A model generated the notes under the pieces. That model did no database searches, was not told the DNA's origin, and saw only the letters and a list, made by a program, of their open reading frames with translations. Positions 26,308-33,607 of a stretch of DNA of 33,607 nucleotides are shown here, piece after piece; position 1 is the stretch's first letter, and the number at the start of each line of letters is the position of its first letter. The stretch covers positions 1 through 33,607 of the forward strand of contig JAUCBJ010004887.1 in the NCBI GenBank assembly GCA_032718475.1. The letters run 5' to 3'. The translations under genes were made by a program, and so were the position numbers. This DNA comes from Nemertoderma westbladi (Eukaryota; Animalia; Xenacoelomorpha).

Positions 26308-27073
26308 AACCCCGTCCATACATGTACTAATGTATCGGAGTATTGACTAAGGTTGTGAGTTTTCCGGAAATATGTTTTTTCAAGGAAATTTCCGGAAAAG
26401 TATATACTTGACCCGTATGTCAATGCCAACCATATTGACCAAGTTACTCACGGGACTAAAAATATACAAAAATGTAAATCATTTGAGAATGAATGATCGG
26501 GTGGATTTGATAATTAGATCGCCAGATACACAATAATCGGTCCCCTCCTGCTGTGATACACTTAAAGCACAGTTTGTTATAGAAAAGGCTACATCGAATT
26601 AAAAAAAAAATCGTCACTTACGGGACAAATTTCAAATTTTGTTTTTGTGATTACGGGCTCATTTAGGCCATTAAAATTACAATTCAGGTGTCAAACGATT
26701 AATATCCCTCCTGAGTATAATTCCTAGCTCTTCGTAGTAAATTTAAGTTATCAGAAATTCAAAAAAAAATTGCGTGGTCCGTTTTTTTGTCACATACGTG
26801 ACACTCGGTGGGATAAATATTTCTCCATTTGACGCAACACCGCCGCGGCCGCTATGAGGGAGGTGAATACCGCGGCCGCTCCTAAAGCCGCAGGGGTAGG
26901 TGTAAAACGCGGATCCGGATCCGGATTCAGGATCCGGATACGGATCAGGACCCGGATTTGCGAGTGTAAAAGGCGGATCCGGATTTACATACAATCCGTA
27001 ACTGAGTGTAATATGCGGATTCTGAAATACGCAATCCGTATTGCAGTGTAAAACGCGGATTCATATATTTTGT

Positions 27074-27550
27074 GAATCCGGAATGGAGTGTAAAACACGG
27101 ATTTACGTTAATTATCAAGTTTAGTTGGATCCGGAATGGAGTGTAAAACACGGATTTTCGTTAATTACTAAGTTTTATTGGATCCGGAATGGAGTGTAAA
27201 ACACGGATTTACGTTAATTATCAAGTTTTATTGGATCCGGAATGGAGTGTAAAACACGGATTTACGTTAATTACCAAGTTTTATTGGATCCGGAATGGAG
27301 TGTAAAACACGGATTTACGTTAATTACCAAGTTTTATTGGATCCGGAATGGAGTGTAAAACACGGATTTACGTTAATTACCAAGTTTTATTGGATCCGGA
27401 ATGGAGTGTAAAACACGGATTTACGTTAATTATCAAGTTTTATTGGATCCGGAATGGAGTGTAAAACACGGATTTTCGTTAATTACCAAGTTTTATTGGA
27501 TCCGGAATGGAGTGTAAAACACGGATTTACGTTAATTATCAAGTTTTATT
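27074..27550 (+). repeat. 53-bp tandem array (~9 units), left arm of the foldback element
   Basis: Unit ggatccggaatggagtgtaaaacacggatttacgttaattaccaagttttatt; gatccgg recurs at 27181 and 27234. Confidence 0.92.
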
Positions 27551-28850
27551 GAATCCGCGTTTTACACCCCGTCCGGATCCAGAAACACTTTGTAATTAAC
27601 CCGAATCCGCGTTTACACCCCGTCCCGGGTAAAACTTGGTAATAAACTTGAATTCGCGTTTTACACCCCGTCCCGGATCCAATAAAACTTGGTAATAAAC
27701 TTGAATCCGCGTTTTACACCCCGTCCCGGATCCAGAAACACTTTGTAATTAACCCGAATCCGCGTTTTACACCCCTCCCCGAATCCAGTAACACTTTGGT
27801 AATAAACTTGAATCCGCGTTTTACACCCCGTCCCGGATCCAATTAAACTTGGTAATAAACTTGAATTCGCATTTTACACCCCGTCCCGGATCCAGAAACA
27901 CTTTGTAATTAACCCGAATCCGCGTTTTACACCCCTCCCCGGATCCAGTAACACTTTGGTTATAAACTTGAATCCGCGTTTTACACCCCTCCCTGGATCC
28001 AATAAACTTGATAATAAACTTGAGTCCGCGTTTTACACCCCGTCCCGGATCCAGAAACACTTTGTAATTAACTTGAATCCGCGTTTTACACCCCTTCCCG
28101 GATACAGTAACACTTTGGTAATTAACTTGAATCCGCGTTTTACACCCCTTCCCGGATCCAATAAAACTTAGTAATAAACTTGAATACGCGTTTTACACCC
28201 CTTCCCGGATCAAATAAAACTTAGTAATAAACTTGAATCCGCGTTTTACACCCCTCCCCGGATCCAGTAACACTTTGGTAATATACTTGAATCCGCGTTT
28301 TACACCCCTTCCCGGATCCAATAAAACTTAGTAATAAACTTGAATCCGCGTTTTACACCCCTCCCCGGATCCAGTAACACTTTGGTAATATACTTGAATC
28401 CGCGTTTTACACCCCTTCCCGGATCCAATAAAACTTGGTAATTAACTTGAATACGCGTTTTACACCCCTCCCCGGATCCAGTAACACTTTGGTAATATAC
28501 TTGAATCCGCGTTTTACACCCCGTCCCGGATCCAATAAAACTTGGTAATAAACTTGAATCCGCGTTTTACACCCCTTCCCGGATCCAATAAAACTTGGTA
28601 ATTAACTTGAATCCGTGTTTTACACCCCTTCCCGGATCCAATAAAACTTAGTAATAAACTTGAATCCGCGTTTTACACCCCGTCCCGGATCCAATAAAAC
28701 TTGGTAATAAACTTGAATCCGTGTTTTACACCCCTTCCCGGATCCAATAACACTTGGTAAATAAATTGAATCCGTGTTTTACACCCCTTCCCGGATCCAA
28801 TAACATTTTGTAATAAACCTGAATCCGTATTTTACACCCAATCCCGGATT
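27551..28850 (-). repeat. 53-bp tandem array (~24 units), right arm, inverted relative to the left array
   Basis: Unit aatccgcgttttacaccccgtcccggatccaataaaacttggtaataaacttg; its reverse complement aligns to the left-arm unit. Confidence 0.92.
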
Positions 28851-30460
28851 CAGTAGAAATATGAATCCGCGTTTTACACTCCATTCAGGATTTAGCCTAC
28901 AACATGAATCCGCGTTTTACACTCCGTTCCGGATCGAAAAAAAAAGCCAATCCGCGGTTTACACTCGGTTACGGATTCGGTAAATTTAGCAGTGCACGGA
29001 TCCGCAGATTACACCCTAAAAATGTCAATTCAGTCGACTTCCATAGGGACAATGTTAAATGATAGAATCCGGATCCTGATCCGGATCCGCGTTTTACTCT
29101 GACCCAAGCCGCAGGCCATCGCTAACTATATAGGTTAACTTGGGATTCTGGGGGACTTTTCGATGAAGGAACTGACCAATTTTTTTTATTTTCGCACCAG
29201 GGGAGCGGCTCGGAATAGCAACTCTAACATTAGCAAATCTATCCCCTCGACGGACACGGCGGACAAAAAACCGTCATTTTTTCGACAATTTTAAAAATTT
29301 TTTGAAAGGCGTTCTACAGTGGCTCGAAAAAACCCTAGGTTATTGCTTAGCCGACGCCGGGATACGATAGAAGGGATTAATTAGTGAATTCGTTTTTTTT
29401 TTCAAAAAAGATTACCACGCCTTTTTCCTGAAATTGTCCGTCAAAGTTGATAAAACGGACAAAATGGCTTTGCGGGATCCGCTCTAACTCGGCTAATATT
29501 AATCGTACGGGGACGAAAGTAACGCGGTTGGAAAGGGGAAGAGTGGTACTACCTTCGTATCGAATGGGGGTAAGATATTTATTAAAATTTCGGGTGGAAA
29601 AAGGGGCCGTAACTTTGTCCGTTTTTTCCATCTTTTTTACATAATTATTATTTCCAAAATTTTTAATTCGACAACGCTAGTAGGAATCTGCCAATTCTTT
29701 TTCGGAAAGCGTAGAAGACCACAGGGGCTACATTCCTATCGAATGGGGGTACAAAAAATATGTAGGCAAAGGGGTCCAAAAAGGGCCAGAAAATGATAAA
29801 AAGTTTATAACTAACAACTTTTTTATTTTTGACTCTAGAAGGTTAAAGTACATTTTATACGGTTAATATCGATACGGGGAATCCAAATATTCGATTGGTT
29901 TTGCCGCGCAAACGATATTAAAAAAATGAGGACCCAAATTAAAATTTCACGCTTCAAACTCGCTTCGCGGGAACTCGTCTAGCTCGAAAAATACATAAGG
30001 TCTGGGAGACTTATTTAAACAGTCTTATAGAACGTCAAATTATCTATCTTTCAACGGTAGTTACAGCGCCATAGCTATTATATAAATGGAGCTGCAGACG
30101 ATCGTGTGAAATATACTACTTATAAAAAAGGGACGACAAAATTTTTTTTTAATAAATCGCCATTACATTATAATTTAACTTTTTGCGCCAAAAGTTCCTG
30201 TAAAATGTAGCAAATTAACTCCACTATCTTTTTTCTTAACATTTATAATTAAAATAACGAGTTTTAAGGGTCGAAAAATATCGCGTAATTTTGGCCCTTT
30301 TTTCATTTTTTTGGGGCCAAAAATAACCCCTTCTCAAAAGATAGAAAAAAAAATTGCGGCAAAGAATATACCAATTTTATTGAATTTGGAGCACCAGAAC
30401 CGAAGTTAGAGCGAATTTAGTCAAAAATTGAAAATATTTTTTTTTGCAAAAAATTAAGAA

Positions 30461-30534
30461 TGGTCAATATTGGGTTTCGAACCCACGAACTTAGGTATCG
30501 TTAACGTTATTGATAACCACTAGACTACGTGACC
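30461..30534 (-). pseudogene. Degenerate tRNA-like sequence (tRNA-Val(AAC)-like pseudogene or SINE head)
   Basis: Minus strand reads GGTCACGTAGTCTAGTGGTTATCAATAACGTTAACGATACCTAAGTTCGTGGGTTCGAAACCCAATATTGACCA. It has an A-box (TAGTCTAGTGG), a B-box/T-arm (TGGG-TTCGAAA-CCCA) and a partial acceptor stem GGTCA/TGACC. The anticodon stem does not pair. Confidence 0.55.
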
Positions 30535-32785
30535 AAGAGAATTTGAAATTTTCGAGTGACTATTTTTAAACATTAATAACTTTGGTTCTACTGGGCCGTT
30601 TGATCTGTAACATTTTTCATTGGATAGAGGATAGATTGTACAGTGTGTGAAATAGGATACAACTTGGGAAAAGACGCATGTGCACTTAGTGCAAAGTGCA
30701 CTTAAAAAGTGCGCATTTTTTATATATTTCAAACACTATTATTTCCAGTTCTATTCATCGTAGAATGTAATTTTTTGGATTAAAATGTAATTTGGAGTGA
30801 TTTCTAACTATAATCGTAACATTTGTTTAACTTTTTATGTCTATAAAGTGACTTAAAATGTCCTTGAATATGGTCCGAAATCGCAAATGTCGAGATTTAT
30901 GAAATTGGATTTTTGACACTTTTAGCGACTGACACTTACTTAATCATACACCATCGTAGATCGGTAGAGGATAAACATAAGTTTGTTAAATAAGAACCAC
31001 CCTTACGATCTGATAAAGTGCACTTGTACAAATAAGTGTGCAAAAGTGCAAATTTTTTAATAAGGTCAAATTATATAGTATTGGGTTCTTTACTTTGCAG
31101 ATACTTTATTTTCATATCAATATATTGTTTGGACCATACTGAGCGCATTAGGGTTATGTGTACAAATAACCGGCCCTTATGAGGCTACGATTGGGTAAAT
31201 TAATAAAACATAAGGTTGTAATATTCTAAAAACCAGTGTGATATTAAATGCACTTTAAACAATAAATAGAGATCAAATAACAAATGGACCACACAATTAA
31301 AAACTCGCACAATTTTGTACTTATTATATTGCTTCAAATTAATTCAACAGTGGATATTTGGGGGAAGGGGGAAGTTACAGTGTGCATTCGGGGGAAGTTT
31401 GGTGAACTGCATTTATGCAGTGAATCCAAACTTTCCCCTTTGAGATATCATATACTTAAGACATGCTAGGGTGACGGGGAAATATTTGTTACTGTCACAC
31501 TTTGCTTCCATTTATACTATCCTTTATTATTACCCCAGTCAGATAAGAAATAATAATCAGTAAAAACTAAACTAAACTGTCTTTCATGCAAACAAATTTC
31601 TAACTAAAGACGGGTGAATGACCATGACCATGGAAATAATTTTAAATATAATTGTATATCAAATATATTGGGAGGCTTCCAAGTTAAACCAGAAAACAAT
31701 TATTTCGCTACATATATAGTAAATAACGTTGTATGTGCTTCTTCCTCTCATAATAAAATATAATGAAATATCTCTGATCGCTGTGCCCTGTAACATTTCA
31801 CAATCAAAATATTTAAGTGTGAAAAGTGTAGGCCTACCACACCCCGCCCAAACAACACGCATAGCCACCAAATTTAACAAAAGGTTACATACATGTTGGC
31901 TGTTGGGTTCATGACGAGATGAGTGAAAATTGATCGCGTAATATAAAGTAAAAAATTAAGAGACGGGCTGGCTCTCCTCCACTTTCTTACTCAATGGATA
32001 TGTTGTTGTAATAATCTAATATTGGGGTGGGTTTCTCTCGGTAAATGATTAATTTAATAGCATATAAATTGTCAAATATGGGCCATTAACCCGATGTGTT
32101 AACACTTCCGTATTCTCCCATATGTTTTTTTTTAGATTAGCAATTTTCAGTTTATGAGGTCAATTGCGTGAGCGTGTCCAAAATGGTCCAAAAAAGTGTC
32201 CCATACATGGTTGGCACTGACCCATTATCGAACCACTTCAACACAAGAAGTGTGTCAGAATGGTGTATAAACTGGTAAAATAGCAGGAGGTATAAAAATG
32301 TGAAAGAGTTAAAATTGAAAATGTAATTTCCGAAATTGCTTTCAATATAAAACATAGAAATAGTGAAAGTGACAAAAAGTCACAATCGCTATTCTAGTTT
32401 AAATCTTATTGAAGTAGAAGCTTGAATCTCCAATAATAAAGAGTTAATTGTATTTTATTTATTGATCAAGCACGTTAAGTAAAAACCTTACCGGTAGGTA
32501 TGTCAGTGCCAAAGTATGTAAAAAACTAAAAAGACCTAGACGTTGCATTCAATTAGTGATCGCTGACGGCAGCCAGCTGATCGGTAGGTTTCGCCCCGCA
32601 ACTAAAGGCATTCTCAGGAGGCCAAGCTAGGAAATGTAGAGAGAGATTCCCAAAGTGGGACGGAACAGGTAATGAAATGAAGAGATGTCTGTTTCTGTAA
32701 CTAACCACTGGGAAGCCTCACCGTAAACTTGCCCCAGTCACGTTTCTGCTTGTTGATAACCGGCTTGCTTGTTAATACATTTCAG

Positions 32786-32884
32786 GCTTTTGCAAGACTG
32801 GCCGCAATGTGTGTCTAGCAATTACAGTGAAATGTTAAACAATTCACGCCAGTCAGTCAGCCAACGTGTATTGGGCTCGCCGGG
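32786..32884 (+). CDS. PPP6R: Probable exon E of the PPP6R/SAPS gene (LLQDWPQCVSSNYSEMLNNSRQSVSQRVLGSP)
   Basis: Acceptor aatacatttcag|G and donor GG|gtgagt; 99 nt, phase 2-2, open in the frame required by exon D. No conserved motif recognised. Confidence 0.5.
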
Positions 32885-32889
32885 GTGAG

Positions 32890-33607
32890 TCATGATGTAG
32901 TTGTGCACAGTCTTACCCTGTTCGCTCCCATCATTGGAGGTCCCATCCTGGTGCTGTCTAACGCGTTCAAACAAGTGTTGGAAGGTGTGTCCAACATATT
33001 CCCCCTTACAAGAGGGACAAGAGAAAGAGTAAACGACGTTAGACGCAAGGATTTCTGGGATGGGGTGTTTGAGAGATGGGAGTAACTGGCGCAGTTTACA
33101 TGTTGTAAAAACAAACCGAACTGGCCGTGTGCAAGACCTGGGTATAAGACCACGTAACTTTCGAACATCAGTTGCCCGACCTCGGTACTCGAACTTACAG
33201 ATAATAGGCTTGGAATCATCAACACGTGCCTGGTCGACCGGGTCAATTACCTCGGTGGGGACAGCTGTTGGTGCCTCGCCACCAGAACCACTACTTGCAC
33301 GCTCCCTAGCGGCTTGAACTACGGCTAGCTCATGTTCGACCATCGTATCAGTATATTGGTTATTGCTGAGAATATTCTTAGCATCCCCAATAGCGGTATA
33401 GAGTTGGGAACCATCCCCACCCTTACTGGCGTTAAAGATGCGATGAAATATACCACGAACTACACCGCGCGTTTGTGAGACTCAGGGGCACACGCAGTGG
33501 CATTGAGAACGAGCCCAGTATCTGTAGGCTTGCGGTACCACGCTGTTGAAAGAGCATAGTCAACCCGAGTGACAACCAAATCAAGAAAGGACAAGCGCCC
33601 CCCCCCC
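32890..33607 (-). mobile_element. Degraded Penelope-like retroelement (RT C-terminus plus GIY-YIG endonuclease), running off the window end
   Basis: Minus strand gives LSFLDLVV...STAWYRKPTDTGLVLN...AP..HKRAV, then a stop/frameshift at ~33460, then VRGIFHRIFNAS...AKNILSNNQY and SNVVYSFSCPSCKGEYVGHTFQHLFERVRQH (GIY-YIG). Confidence 0.85.

Larger units (their letters stand above)
26894..29105. mobile_element. Non-autonomous foldback (FB)/Mutator-like DNA transposon, 2212 bp, with a 9-bp TSD
   Basis: Perfect direct repeat AAGCCGCAG at 26885-26893 and 29106-29114. The 28-bp TIRs GGGTAGGTGTAAAACGCGGATCCGGATC and GGGTCAGAGTAAAACGCGGATCCGGATC match at 25/28. The interior is two oppositely oriented 53-bp arrays. 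Confidence 0.88.

Noticed and set aside
26360-26400. Two TTTCCGGAAA palindromes as STAT-type regulatory sites
   Set aside because: The spacing is not the canonical TTCN3GAA and nothing else supports them; more likely a small repeat fragment.
26743-28171. Short ORFs (e.g. RIRIRIR, NLNPRFTPLPG repeats)
   Set aside because: Translations of the foldback TIR and the 53-bp arrays, with no transposase motifs.
30461-30534. Functional tRNA gene
   Set aside because: The anticodon stem does not pair and the acceptor and D stems are incomplete; kept only as a pseudogene or SINE-like relic.
32125-32170. Additional exon after the acceptor-like ttttcag at ~32150
   Set aside because: The frame required by exon D (phase 2) reaches TGA almost immediately.

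Overview
AT-rich eukaryotic genomic DNA, probably from an invertebrate animal. The window lies inside one + strand spliced gene for a SAPS-domain protein phosphatase 6 regulatory subunit (PPP6R1/2/3, SIT4-associated family). Five phase-compatible exons can be traced (568-1145, 7096-7300, 12768-12860, 26141-26184, and more tentatively 32786-32884), about 1 kb of coding sequence in 33.6 kb. The introns contain a 67-bp minisatellite, a ~5-kb 35-bp satellite, a split foldback element with a 5'-truncated L2/CR1-type LINE inside its left arm, a ~13.3-kb 46-bp satellite, a 2.2-kb foldback/MULE-like element with a perfect 9-bp TSD, a tRNA-Val-like relic and a degraded Penelope-like retroelement. The most striking feature is the 46-bp satellite: its unit is the last 42 coding bases of exon C plus GTAA, so almost the whole intron is ~290 copies of the exon's own splice donor. 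Smaller donor-anchored repeats follow exons A and D. Most long ORFs in the supplied track are satellite artefacts. All calls were made by eye, without database searches.
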